Source: Xylographa opegraphella (taxonomy: Eukaryota). Taken from it: DNA of 61,168 nt. The notes under the pieces were generated by a model. It ran no database searches. It saw only the letters and a program-made list of their open reading frames with translations, and was not told the DNA's origin. The DNA is taken from contig JALDZX010000059.1 of NCBI GenBank assembly GCA_022813865.1, positions 62,001 to 123,168 on the forward strand, in the 5' to 3' direction. Of the stretch, positions 1-12,850 are shown piece after piece; position 1 is the stretch's first letter; the number at the start of each line of letters is the position of its first letter. The translations under genes and the position numbers were made by a program.

Positions 1-335
1 TCCCAAGGTCAATCATCGAATGGGGTTGTAATTGGGAGGAAACATAACACGTTTTAGATATTCATTTCGTGCAATACCTGTGAATCACGAAGCATCTTGC
101 TGATTCTCCTGTAATGAAATGACGAAGAGATCGGGACGTGATTCTTTTTCCTCAAATGGTACCTCAAAACGCAGAGGATAGAAGTTTGCTTCATTTGGTA
201 AGATAAATCTAAATCGATGCTAGTCCTAGCCTAGCTAAGTGGATTTCTGTGTCGCTTAACGCCCACGAACAACGAGTTTGGCTGCGCATCTACAGAATAC
301 CTCGATTTGAGCATTTCACCTCAAAGTTGACCACC

Positions 336-1249
336 ATGAGGTACATACACTCGGAGGAGGCGCTTGAAATCCCTGACAATGGTAAGTCATTATACTAGAT
401 TCTTTATCCTTATCAACTCATCTCCCACATGTCACTGTAGAGTGAGTAGGCTCAACCGTCGGACTTCAGCAAGATACGAGTAACCTTTGCGCTGTTTGAA
501 AGCATGCGAACTAAATGAGAATATATAGTCAAGGTCCAGATCAAGTCGAGAATGATTACTGTTGAAGGGCCTAGAGGTATGCGGGCACATCCTCCGTGGG
601 ATGCAGATAACGAAGTCCCAAGGTTCTGACATTTGCTCCAGGCAAGCTCAGCAAAAATCTTGGACATCTTTCAGTCGGATTCTCAAAACGGGGTAAAAAT
701 ACGATTGTCATCGACCTGCATCATGGCGCCCGGAAGAACGTTGCAACTCTACGGACTGTCAAGACTCTTATCAACAACCTCATAATTGGTGTCACGAAGG
801 GTTTCAAGTACAAGATGCGCTACGTGTATGCGCATTTCCCCATCAATGTCAACATCGAGACGAACTCGGAGACTGGCTTGAAGGAGATTGATATTCGGTA
901 CGTGGGCAAACATCATGTGGGCACTTGGACATATCTACAGAAGCTGATGTGCATCCAGAAATTTCTTGGGTGAGAAGATCGTGCGAAAAGTTACTATGCA
1001 TGAGGGTGTTGAGGTGGAGAGCTCCAAGAACCAAAAGGATGAGTTACAACTCTTCGGTAATTCTCTCGAGAACGTGTCACAAAGCTGCGCAGACATCCAA
1101 CAGATTTGCAGAGTGAGGAATAAGGATATTCGAAAGGTATATCTACGTTCCGTTTACGGTCGTGAATACTCAGCTAACAACAATCTCCTCAGTTCCTGGA
1201 TGGTATTTACGTTTCAGAGAAGGGGAATATCGAGGAAGCCGCATCTTAG
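336..1249 (+). CDS. RPL9: 60S ribosomal protein L9 (uL6), 5 exons
   Basis: Spliced translation [32 protein letters not shown]...[22 protein letters not shown]...[31 protein letters not shown] introns at 382-528, 577-641, ~898-958 and ~1137-1192. Confidence 0.97.
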
Positions 1250-2461
1250 CTCTGCATAGACGTGTAGGCGTGCATAGGCTTTCAGGAGAGAGTTGCACAT
1301 CGTGCCAGCGGTTCAAGCAATTCAAGGATAATACCAGACGTCGTCAATAGTCCAGAGCGAAGAACGCGACACTCTATCGTGTGACGATTAGATCAATTTA
1401 AGTGTCCTTTCTGTGTACCTCGACGCCTCTCCGCGTCTCCGCAGGCTCCAATGCTGACGGAGGTGGATTTGCTTTCCCTAGCGTCATGTTCGTGAGGTAA
1501 GGTGGGTTCTTGCTCAAAAGCACCTACATTCCAGTAGCTCAAGATGCGGTCATTACTGCTCCATATGATCAAGTCTTCAGCATAGTTGACTCAAACCCTC
1601 GTCCCAAACCGGCACTGTCTTCATGTCTAACCGGTCGGATGACGCCCTGGATGTGGCGCCACAAACATAATACCTTTAGGTAGGAGTGGTCTGCTGTTCG
1701 AGATACTGTAGTGGTACCTGAGATAGCACATCCTTCGCAGCACGTCCGGTCATGGGACTTCCATGTGGTGCAAACATCTCGACTTCACCCTTACGAGCTA
1801 GGGCGAGATAGCCCAGTCATGGATCCAAGCACTAACGAACCTCGCCTCGACGTAGCGTCGCACCAAGTATACCGGACGCGCAGCCAGCCTCCAGGAGAGT
1901 TTGGCGTTAGGTCCCTTGGGGTAAGAAGGTAGCGTACTAAGGTAGGTAAGTCAGACGCTAGCCTGCACCTTATCTACCGGAGCTTGCGCTCCTCACCCCG
2001 ACTCATCCAATGGTCCGTCTGAACACGCACGGCCGATCTGGTGGCTGTCGCCGCACCTACTGTGGTAGCTGCACGACTGGTTTGTGTGGGGTTGCAACAT
2101 CTTACCATACCTACCTATCACAATACTCTCGTGCCAGGATTGACCCCATCCAACACCGTCCTTCGGGCCAGGATTGGCAAACTACCGCCCGTTTTGTGCG
2201 GCTACGATTGGACTGCAATGGTCTACGTCAGGGAGGTACACTCGCAGGCCATGGGTCGATCCTGTAGTCAAACCATGGTCCAAGATAGGTATGACATGAG
2301 GTTCCGAAACTTTGCTGGCAGCCAAGCATCTTCGACCATAAGAAGCATGAGATACCCTACCCTCATGCATCGCCCACAGAAACATCGCCTCTTCACTGCT
2401 CTTCCTTCCTTCCGCATTATATCCCCTTTACTCGTGCCTATCGCGACGGTTGCCGATACTA

Positions 2462-4368
2462 ATGATGGATCAAGGCGAGAATTACGATGTACAGAAGGCC
2501 AGCTATGAGACCGCAGACTCTCCGGTTCATGGGCAAAGCGCCGGCCCGTATGCTCATATTCTGAATGACCCCGAACTTGAGGGCCTCACCCTCTATGAGA
2601 AGAAAGCCCTGCTGGTCAACCGCGAACTGAACGGCCATGGCATGGGGAAGTATCAGTGGTGGATCTTCTTCTTGTGTGGATTTGGCTACTTTCTGGATCT
2701 AATGTGGGCTCAAGCATTCGGTCTGGTCGCTACGCCGCTGGAAAATGAGCTAGGCTTTCCTGGTCAGTACCTAACATATCGCTTCAGTCAATATTGGAAT
2801 TGTCGACTGACGTTCGAACAGCTGACCAGTATGGGAACATATTCTCTGCCTTCTCAGCAGGTCTTACAGCAGGGGTAATGTGGTTGACCAATGTGGAGAC
2901 TGGTGTGAGAACTAATGCGAGCTCTCCATAGGCTTTCGTGTGGGGAGTCCTTGTAGACATTATTGGTTGGTACTCTGGCTTGCCTAATCACCCCTCGCCG
3001 GAAATGTAGATATTAACCAAGCTTTACAGGACGGCAGTATGCATTCAATCTTACCTGTCTGATATCGTCCGTCTTCGGCCTTTGTCTCGGGGCGCCATCG
3101 AATTATGATGGCATTCTAGTTTTGACAGCATTCGTTGGCTTTGGAGTCGGTGGGAATATTCCCATTGATACTACCATCTGCCTAGAATTCATTCCTCAGA
3201 ACCGGCGGTTTCTTCTGGCACTCCTCTCGATCTTCCAACCTCTTGGGGTGGTCGTTACGTCAGGCATCTGTTATGGCTTTATCCCCAAGTACTCCTGTGG
3301 ACTTCTGACGGATGGCACTTCCTTACCGTCATGTAATCTAGTGTCAGCTGGAACGGCATGCTGTACTAAAGCGTCCAACATGGGTTGGCGGTATTCTCTC
3401 TTCACACTCGGCGGCATTACATTGGCTGCGTTCCTGCTTCGCTTCGTCGTATTCCGCTTCCAGGAATCGCCCAAATTCCTCCTCTATCGTGGCCGCGACG
3501 CGGATGCCGTAAAGGTGCTGCACAACATCGCCAAGTTCAATGGCCAGAAAAGTGACATCACCCTCGAGATGTTCAATGCTTTGACGGAGGACTATGCGTC
3601 GACGCAGGGCCTTGGAAGTGACAGCCCCGTCTTGGGCGCAGGAGAGAAGCAGGCGAAGAGCTCCTTCGGCAGCAAGGTGAAATTGGAATTCGTCCGATAT
3701 AAGATGTTGTTCGCCAACTTCACGATTGCCCGGCTCACCATCCTGGTGTGGATCACGTACGTCTTCGACTACTGGGGCTTTTCGGTGGCGGGTATGGTCC
3801 ACCCTTGGTGGCGGTGCGATCAGTGGGGACAGTGCTCATTCGTGGTGTAGGCTCCTTCCTCCCGAAGATTCTCATCACCAAAGGGCATGAGATCAACGTT
3901 TCGGTGGGGGAAACGTACCGCAACTACATCATCATCTACACGCCCGGCATCGTCGGGGTCCTCTTGGGCGCGTGCATGTACGCCATCCCCATCATCGGGC
4001 GCAAATGGGGTATGATCATCTCGTCGGCGTTGATGGGGACGTCGCTCTTCCTGTTCGCGGCCGTGAACTCGGAGGCGTCCAACATCGGGTTCAACATGAT
4101 GGAGTACTTCTTCCAGAGCATGTTCAACGCCATCCTGTACGGCTGGACGCCCGAGGTCTTCCCGGCGCCCATCCGGGGCACGGCGAGCGGGCTTGCCAGT
4201 TTCTGGGGGCGCATCTTCGGCATCGTGTCCCCGATCATCGCGGCGTACGTGCTGGCGGCCAATCCGGCGGGCAACGGGGTATTGTACCTGGCGGGCGGGG
4301 CCGTTTTCATCTGCACGATTGCGATCCTGCTCATGCCCACGAGCCGCATGGGGGCGCAGAGTTACTGA
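2462..4368 (+). CDS. MFS transporter (SV2/SVOP-like), 5 exons
   Basis: GMGKYQWWIFFLCGFGYFLDLMWAQAF, GFGVGGNIPIDTTICLEF, ESPKFL and YGWTPEVFPAPIRGTASG motifs with multiple TM segments. Introns ~2762-2821, ~2875-2930, ~2965-3029, ~3792-3850. Confidence 0.92.
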
Positions 4369-6145
4369 CCTTTTCGGGGAATTTGGGGTGTGGGGGGGGG
4401 GGGGGAACAGGGGAAGGACATCCAGTGGGGGACCAAGGATGGATGATGACGCAGCGGCCGACCAACGCAAACGTCGTGGTGGTTTGGGATCAAGGACGAG
4501 CGAGATGGCGGGTGCGAGTTTGGAGGAGCAGGATGTACCTTAGGTAGTCTATCAGCCTCGGCAGTCGTCCCGAACCCAGCGTGTGCTGTTTTTTTTTGCT
4601 GCCGCGCATCTACCAAGAATGGAGGTCGTCTGGTTCTGTTCGCGACGGGACGGGAAGGCCCCCGTATTCGGATGAAGTGTCCGCCGGGGCGAGGTGGGTA
4701 CGTGAAGTGGCAAGATGCAGCTGTGGTTCCCTCATTATTTTCCGCTTCGGTAGAAATATCATAGAACACCTTCCTCTACCTTCCCTTACCTAAGCGTAAG
4801 GTATCCCGCGCGCAGCGGAGGTCCAGACATCCGTTCCCAAGCGCTGGCGCCGTCCGCCAAGACTCTAGGAGAACTTACTGTGGTACTGTGGGACAGCGGT
4901 CGACATTTTCGGGCGATGACGACTTCATGTCGCACCGGACGCTCCGTATGGGAAGAATACCGAAAGCTACTACTTTGTGTAGCATCAGGTTAGGTATCCA
5001 TGAGCGACACGATATGCTCAGGCACTCCGGACTGTGCATGTTTGCTGGATCGTCTCGCGGCGGGGGGTGGGGATGGATGGCCTGGCATGGCCTGGCATGG
5101 CCTGGCATGGTCGATCGTGAGGGTCTAGAAGGCTCATGCGCCAGCCGTGCCGCGGACGGGCCCAATCGACGATTGGTATGGCCTTCAAGCTCTTTCGACC
5201 TTCCTTGGGGATGGCGTGCTCGTTATCTGGACCCTGTTCTCCGGCGGAGGGCCTTGATAGACCGCGTAAGGTAGGCAGGCTACCCTAGGAGCCTACCTAA
5301 GGTAAGTACTTGGCCACCGTGGCAAATAACGCAGCACTAGTCTCCATGCGGGAACTTTCCTTTCCCGAAGATACGGTATACTTGACTGGTCCCACGATCG
5401 CCTATCTCCGAGAGGATGAGGATCGGGTGCATGGCTAGACTCTGTGCGGCCTGTGCAGAGTGATGCCACTACGAAGTACATGGTCCGGCCGGAGAGTTCA
5501 AGATCGCCCGGGGCGTTAGGTGCTGGTGTGACCTACCTAAGGTACGCAGTAGAGTTCTCGCTAGATGGCGGCTCGCTCGTGCCAAAGCTCGGCACACGAA
5601 ATGATTGCAGGAGGTCTAGATACCACCCCTGTGCATCTTGGCGCTACACATCCAATCATATCGGTATCATTGATCGGCCTTACCTTCTTCCATCAAGGAC
5701 TCCACTACTCGTAGTAATAAGTACATTACCTACAGTACATCGGTCGACAGCCAGCAACGGTACAGAGCTTGCGGCGTTGTCTGGCTAGCTTCGCCTTCGC
5801 CGTCTTTTTCCGCCTGCACGGAACCAGGTTCATTCGCTCCAACTTCTACGCCCATGAAAATCTTCCCACCATCCATAATGCTCCCCCCCCCTCCCCAACC
5901 CGCCTCCACTCTCCAAGGTCGATCCTGCAGCCTTAAGGTGAACTACTTGGACCTACCTTCTCGCACTGCGACCTTTTCCACCACCTTTTCTCATTCAGCC
6001 CGCACTCGAGCGATAAGCCCTCGACCAACGTCCTTCCTGGAACTCCTCCGATTCTGATCTGATTTTCGTGGTTAATGCTGCAAGTCGATCACGGACGTAA
6101 ACCCTTCTACTACACCCCGTTCATCCAGAACATCCGCAGCATAAA

Positions 6146-8099
6146 ATGGCGTTAGGCTTTGGGAAGAAGGCCAATGTGGTCGAATCCAACCCGAATACGA
6201 TCACACAAGATCGTGCGCCTACCCACATGCGGGATCCCGCCTTCGAGACCGGTGTCTACGGTTACGATACCGAAAAACAGGGTGCCCCGGGTCGGAAGGT
6301 GAGCAGAGTCGGCGGGCCTGGTGTGCTGCGCGACTCGGATGCGGAATCGGAGTTGAGTGTGGGCAAGCAGATGGAAGCCGAGTCGTTGAATTCGATCAAG
6401 TACAGGACCTGCTCGTGGCAGAAGGTGACCCAATTCCCCCCTCCCGGTCCCATCTACACACCACATCGCTCGTTCCCTTCTCCACCAATGTCATCTGGAT
6501 GGCCGTCTCCATTCTCCATTCTCCATTCTCCATTCTCCATTCTCCATTCTCCATTCTCCATTCTCCATTCTCCGTTCCCGTATCGTTCATCCGACATCAC
6601 TTGTGTTGCTGACCTTTCGACTATGTCTGCCCTAGACTGCCGCCTTACTCTTCGCCGAGTACATTTGCTTGGCCATCATGTCGTTTCCGTATTCGTACTC
6701 CGTCCTCGGCCTCGTTCCAGGTCTGATTTTGACCGTCGTTGTCGCCGCCTTGGTGTTGTATACATCCTTGGTCCTCTGGTGAGTGATTCGGGAAGAACCG
6801 TTGTCGAATGAGGGCTCACAACGTAAAGGGAGTTCTGTTTGCGCCACCCGGAAGTTCGAGATGTCTGCGATTTAGGACAAATGCTGTTTTACGGCTGGGA
6901 ATGGGTGTGGTGGGCTACTGCCGTCATGTTCATTTTGAACAACACATTCATTCAGGTACATTCATACAGGTCCTTTTTTTTTCCCCCGGAAACGAGACTC
7001 ATGAGAAGTCTTAGGGTCTCCATGTCTTGACCGGCGCAAAGTACTTGAACACCATGACCAACCACTCAGTCTGTACGATTGGATTCTCTGCCATCATGAC
7101 GGTCATTACCTGGATCTGTTCATTGCCTAGAACGTTCGACACTCTTTCCAAGTTGGCAACGCTCTCCGCATTCTTCACTTTTATTTCCGTCCTCCTTGCT
7201 GCCATCTTTGCAGGACTGGAGGGTAAAACTGGTACAGCAGGCTACACCCCGAGCTCTTCCGACCCAACCGTGCCAAGTGGCGCTCCTCTTGTTCTGATCG
7301 TCCCAGCCGCGGGTACGACTTTCATCAACGGCCTCAGCGCGTTTTTGAACATCAGCTACACCTTCATCGGCCAGATCGCCCTTCCCAGTTTCATCGCGGA
7401 GATGAAGAATCCAGCCGACTTTCCCAAGGCGCTGTGGGCGATCACCATTGCCGAAGTGGTGTTGTTTAGTTTGGTGGGCGGTGTGGTCTACGCATACACG
7501 GGGACACAATACGATACCGCTCCAGCGTTCGGGTCCCTGGGCAACCCGTTGTACAAGAAGGTCGCCTTCTCATTCATGATTCCTACCTTGATCTTCCTCG
7601 GCGTACTGTATGCTTCGCTTTCGGCTCGATTCATCTTCTTCCGTCTCTTCGAGGGGACGCGCCACAAGGGCAATCACACCGTCATTGGATGGGCCTCGTG
7701 GGCCGGCATCCTGGGTGTTACATGGATCCTGGCCTTCATCATTGCCGAGGTCATTCCGTTCTTTTCGGACCTCCTCTCACTGATGAGCTCGCTCTTTGAC
7801 TCCTTCTTCGGCTTTATATTCTGGGGAATGGCATACTTCCGCATGCGAGAAGCGGATTATGGCCCAGGCTGGTACACCAAGCGTGGTATCAGAGGATTGT
7901 GGGGAACTGCCCTGAACGTGGTGATTATACTCATCGGGCTGTTCATGCTGACTGCTGGTACATACGTAAGTGAACCCTTTCACGACAATGGAATGCTGGT
8001 TTCTGACTTCCGGATTAGGCTTCCGTGGATAGTATTGTGCTTGGTTACCAAGCGGCTGCTTTCGGAGGCGCCTTCACTTGTGAATCCAATGGCTTGTGA
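6146..8099 (+). CDS. Aa_trans (AAAP) family neutral amino-acid transporter, Neurospora Mtr-like, 5 exons
   Basis: IKYRTCSWQKTAALLFAEYICLAIMSFP, RHPEVRDVCD, NISYTFIGQ, EMKNPADFPKAL, IAEVIPFFSDLLSL. Introns 6425-6635, ~6779-6828, ~6956-7014, ~7966-8018. Last exon ASVDSIVLGYQAAAFGGAFTCESNGL*. Confidence 0.92.
6506..6573. repeat. (TCTCCAT)n heptamer microsatellite, ~9.7 copies, in intron 1 of the transporter
   Basis: Directly visible tandem repeat. Confidence 0.97.
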
Positions 8100-8473
8100 G
8101 CATTTTCAAATCAATGCACTTGCAGATCGCGAATATATCAACGCACATATAGTCATTCGAGATAGTGTAGTACTAGCCAACGCCATCTATTGCACGCATA
8201 CGCAAGCAATGGGTCCAAAAGTACATGCCGTGAATGGCCTTTCCGCACCCACGGTCCGCTGCCGCGATTGGACCACCATGAAATAGATTGTTATGCAAGT
8301 AGTCTCTGGCTTTCGGTGCTCATATCTCAACTAACTATGACGGCTACCATTATTGTTTAAAACTATATACCTCGTTATCTTTCTTGATGCGTCGCTTCGT
8401 CGTGCTTATAAAGCCCCGCTCCCACCAACCGCGTATAAACCCCCAGATCACCACAACCACCAAATGATGCATT

Positions 8474-9938
8474 ATGAAGTCAACAACCTCGTTGATGGCG
8501 ATCGGCAGGGGATTCAATGCTGCACGAGCAGCCCATCGTCGTAGCACTCTCCTTCCTCGTCTCAATGGCTCTGGTTCGAGCAGCTACACGATCCCGATAA
8601 CGCCCCGCACCAGCACACGACTTCCCCTCCGCCAATGCTGCAGAGCGGCCTCGACGAGCGCATCGGACGCTGCTCCCCTCCACCGGACACCTCTCCACGA
8701 TCTGCACGTCCACCATGGCGCGAAGATGGTTCCCTTCGCTGGCTACTCCATGCCGGTCCAGTACTCGGATCTCAGCGTGGGCGAAAGTCACAAATGGACG
8801 CGAGAGAAAGCCAGCTTGTTTGATGTCGGACACATGTACTTCGTAGACCGTTTTTGCCGACCATTTCAAGATCGGAACGACTGACGCGTCTCGCAGGGTG
8901 CAGCATCAGCTCGCCGGCCCCGCCGGACCTGCTCTCCTCGAACTCATCACCCCCACCGCCATCTCCGCCCTCGCGCCCAATCATTCCACTCTTTCCTGCC
9001 TCCTCCATCCCGTGACGGGCGGTATCGTCGACGACACCGTCATCACGCGCCTCCCCTCTCCCGCCACCTCCCCCTCCTTCTACATGGTCACCAACGCCGC
9101 CTGCCGCGCCAAGGACCTCGCCTATCTCTCCTCCCAAATCGCCTCCCTGGGGCCCTCGGCCCGCATCACTCACACCGTCCTGGCCTCTCAAGGTCTGATC
9201 GCACTCCAAGGGCCTCTCTCCGCCTCGATCCTTTCCTCGATCCTCGCCCCTCGTTCCCCCGGCCTACACACCCTCTACTTCGGACAATGCGCCTCCTTCC
9301 CCTTGGAGCTCGTCAACGGCGCGCTCTCCGCGCCCTGCCTCGTCAGCCGCGGTGGCTACACGGGCGAAGACGGGTTCGAGATCTCCATCCCCCCGGAGCA
9401 CACCGCATCCGTCACGGAGAATCTACTGCGCAAGAACCCCGAGACGCTGCGGCTCGCCGGCCTCGGCGCCCGGGACAGCCTTCGCCTTGAAGCTGGCATG
9501 TGCCTCTATGGCCACGACCTCGACGACAGCACGACCCCTGTAGAGGCTGGACTCGCGTGGATCGTGCCCAAAGCGCGGCGCACGAGTGGCGGCTTCCACG
9601 GCGCGGAGACGATCCTCCCGCAGCTCAAAAGCAAGAAGGACGGAGGAACGGAGGTCGCACGACGGAGGGTGGGCCTGCTTGTCGACGGCGCTCCGGCGCG
9701 TGAGGGCGCGGAGATCGTGAGCGACGCTGGCGAGCCGCTGGGAAGGGTGACGAGCGGGTGCCCGAGCCCGAGCTTGGGCACGAACATCGCCATGGGCTAT
9801 ATCAAGAGTGGGTGGCACAAGGCCGGGACGGAGGTGGGCGTGCTGGTGAGGAGGAAAAGCCGGGCGGCGAGGGTGGTGCGAATGCCGTTTGTGGAAACGC
9901 GGTATGTACGGGAAGGGGGTGGGACGGCGCCGGGGTGA
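8474..9938 (+). CDS. GCV1: Mitochondrial glycine cleavage system T protein (aminomethyltransferase), 2 exons
   Basis: Arg/Ser-rich presequence, then [80 protein letters not shown]. Intron ~8836-8897. Start may instead be ATG 8495. Confidence 0.96.
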
Positions 9939-11287
9939 GAAACGGGGAAGTGGTGATGAGAAGGGCGGAAGAAGGAGACGTGCGCGTTTTCTGGGGGGCT
10001 CACTTCGGTCGGCCTCTATAATTGATGCCTCCCGGAGGAGAAAAGTTCAACACTGTGGGCAGGGGCAAGTAGGAGAAGCAGAGTTGGAGAATAGGAGCTT
10101 TCGTTGGGCGAGAAGGTGGAGCTGTATGTTACGGCGCTGTGAATCGAATACCTAGCACCACGCCCAACCGCCCTATATATTCTCTTTAATCTCCATCCTC
10201 GCAGTCAAACAGCCAACATCTATATTGCCCCCTTCCTCCCCTCCTGGTCCCGAGCGCGTTGACGTCCCTCACGCCCCTACTCCCTGTTCCCCAAGCGCCA
10301 CCGCCAACAGACCCGTGTCGTCAAACGACGGCTCTCCCTTTTCTCCGTCACCACTCACTCCGCGGTGATTCTAAACCCCCGGCCACATCCGTCCCCTCCT
10401 CCAGCCGCCCCCGTGCACCAAAACCCTGACGGCATGTACCCCTTTTCCCCAGCATAGAGAAAACGTCCATGTCTACCCTAGCGATCTGCTTTCCTGCGCC
10501 GCTCTTGGTATGCAATCTCGATATATAAAAAACGCCCCCCTTTCCCCCCTGCCCGGCGAATATGAAACGAGGTATAGATACAGATGACGGGGAAAGCGTA
10601 TCCTTGCATACGGGATGGCGGTGTACAGGGCGTGGGAAACATGTAGCGGCTTGGAATGGCATCGGGCAGGAACGGGTGAGCAGGCCCATAAGAGTCCGTG
10701 AAAGCGACCGCTACACGGGGACGAGCGCCTTGAACTCAAAGATGAAAGGACGGGGCCGTTACCAGCAACGGGACGACGACCCGGGGGGCGGCCACAGCCG
10801 ACGACTGAGATGGGCAAAAGCAAGCATCACATCGGCATCAGACGGGCGCATGGACGGAAACAGAGCTTGTTTTTTGCACCGCAGACGGACGAAGGAAGCG
10901 TACTTTCGCATTCCCCTACGGGAGCGCATTGCCGCACGCGTTACACACGGTCCCCGCCTTCCGCTCTCCGCACAGCACCGATTGAGAAAAGCCACAGAAA
11001 CGCCCCACCCGATGCACGACGTAAGGCGATAGAAGATTGAGAAAACGAGAAGAAAGGAGAAAATCGCAGAAAGCGGGCAGCGAAGCCACACGGCCCGGGG
11101 CTTGGTATGCTGAAAGATAGGATGAAAAGTGGATGCATAGGTGGCTGAAGCATCATCGTCCATTTCGCCCCTTCGATGTACTCACTCGCCAACGCCCGCC
11201 GCAGTCGTTCGCGACCGGCCTACGTCCGTCCACTGAAGCCGCCGCCGGCTCCTGCTTTGCAAACACTGGCTGTGTCCATCACTCTCA

Positions 11288-12487
11288 CTAGACCCCTTCC
11301 CCCAAACCATTCGTATCCTTCGCTTCACCTCCACCCATCCTCCTCCGCCTCGGTACTGCCCTCTTCCTCCGTTCCACCACCTGTGCTGGCCTTCCGGTCC
11401 CATTCCCGTTCGCCGCATTGTCGTACTCGTCCTCTCCGTTGCCCCCATGCTCCGCGTAGTACAGCTTCCCCTCATCCAATTCCACTATATCCACAGGCCG
11501 CATCCGCAGCCATTTCATGCGCGGCCCGGTCTTTGACCGCTCGCTGACCTTGAAACCGTAGATTCTCGGCTCGTGGACCTTGCCGGGCCCGAGACCGGGC
11601 GCGAGGTTCGAGGGCGCGACGCCGTTGACAGTGGCGGGTTGGTTGGGTGGAGGTAGGAACTCCGGAGAGACGGACGAGGTAATGGCAAGGGGGACGTTGG
11701 AGGTGAGAGAAGAGGAGCGGGATTTGGTGGTGTCGATGGTGGCGGAGATAGGGGTGGAGACGGATTGCGCGGGGCCGGGGCTGATGAATATGGGGTGGGT
11801 GGACGCGAGGTTTAAGGGGTCACCTTTGGCGGATACCTCGAATTCGGGGAAGGTCATAAAGAATAAGCAGCCGAACGTGGTGCCGAAGAACGCACCGTCG
11901 ACGGACTGGAAGCGGCTGTTCGGTGGCGTATAGACGTCCAGACAGCTTGGGCAGAAGAGTTTGACCGTGTCTACACCGGGAGTATCGTGACAGCCAACCG
12001 GGAGAACTTTGGCGCTGTTGCAGAAGACCCTCGGGCAAGCGCCAAAATGCAGCGCGTCGTATTTCTCGGCCATTTGTTGGATACCTGGCCGTGACGTGAT
12101 GTAGCGTTGATGTATAAGGCCGTATAGCAGTTCCGCGGACGACTCTATCACACTGAGATCACTTGCCATTCGCATGTGCCGTCTATCTCCCGCCGTACGT
12201 CTGTAGCTTGGATCTATTCTCTCGCCGTTTTCGTCCCTCATAACCCCGTCCCCATCTTCTTCCTCTTCGTCTTCTTCTTCCTCTTCGTCGTCCTCATCGT
12301 CCTCGGGCTCAACGTCCAAGATCATTTCCAAAGCCTCTTTGTACATGGGCACCTGCGCTTGCAGACCCGTAAGATTGAAGTCATCCTCTATGAAGTCTTC
12401 GGAGACTTCCGCGAAGTACTCGTGGCCAAGAAGCGAGCAGAAGGACGATATCCAAGATTCCGGCGCCGGAGACTCAGACGTGGACAT
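11288..12487 (-). CDS. CKB1: Casein kinase II regulatory subunit beta-1, intronless CDS
   Basis: SWISSFCSLLGHEYFAEVSEDFIEDDFNLTGL, acidic loop, LYGLIHQRYI, zinc ribbon CPRVFC...CPSC, DGAFFGTTF, PRIYGFKV. First in-frame ATG is 12487. Confidence 0.96.
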   Translation of the reverse strand: MSTSESPAPESWISSFCSLLGHEYFAEVSEDFIEDDFNLTGLQAQVPMYKEALEMILDVEPEDDEDDEEEEEDEEEEDGDGVMRDENGERIDPSYRRTAGDRRHMRMASDLSVIESSAELLYGLIHQRYITSRPGIQQMAEKYDALHFGACPRVFCNSAKVLPVGCHDTPGVDTVKLFCPSCLDVYTPPNSRFQSVDGAFFGTTFGCLFFMTFPEFEVSAKGDPLNLASTHPIFISPGPAQSVSTPISATIDTTKSRSSSLTSNVPLAITSSVSPEFLPPPNQPATVNGVAPSNLAPGLGPGKVHEPRIYGFKVSERSKTGPRMKWLRMRPVDIVELDEGKLYYAEHGGNGEDEYDNAANGNGTGRPAQVVERRKRAVPRRRRMGGGEAKDTNGLGEGV

Positions 12488-12790
12488 AGTGTGTGTAGAG
12501 TACTTAGAGGGGAGGGAGCCTGATGTAACGGGCGAGACGAGGTTCAGATGTTCTAGGCCCGTAAGCAGTGGTGATTCCACGTTGGCAGACACTTTGTACT
12601 TTGGTATTTGGTATTGCTAACGTGGATACCCGTGTAGAACAGCCTGTCAAGTGGTATGTGGGTCAGAATATGAGCGTCAGGACGCTATCAAATATCGATA
12701 TGAGTGTCCTTCGCGGGAACAGCGTTGAGATTGATAGCGGTCGTCCGTCACAACACATTATACCGGCGCATGGAGTACCAGGTTGTCGAA

Positions 12791-12850
12791 TGATGGCACT
12801 GATGGCACTGATGGCACTGATGGCACTGATGGCACTGATGGCACTGATGG
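12791..12850. repeat. (TGATGGCAC)n 9-mer tandem repeat, ~6.7 copies, upstream of CKB1
   Basis: Directly visible tandem repeat. Confidence 0.97.

Noticed and set aside
3820..4547. Long antisense and overlapping ORFs here and over GCV1, SFH1 and the 52-kb MFS
   Set aside because: Shadow ORFs caused by high GC3 codon bias of the real genes.
1250..6146. TPP riboswitch in the transporter leaders
   Set aside because: No CTGAGA...CTTGAT...TAAT...GCG..GG aptamer core found.
12488..12592. 35-aa N-terminal extension of CKB1 in the ORF track
   Set aside because: Starts at a non-ATG codon; homology begins at MSTSESPAPESW (12487).
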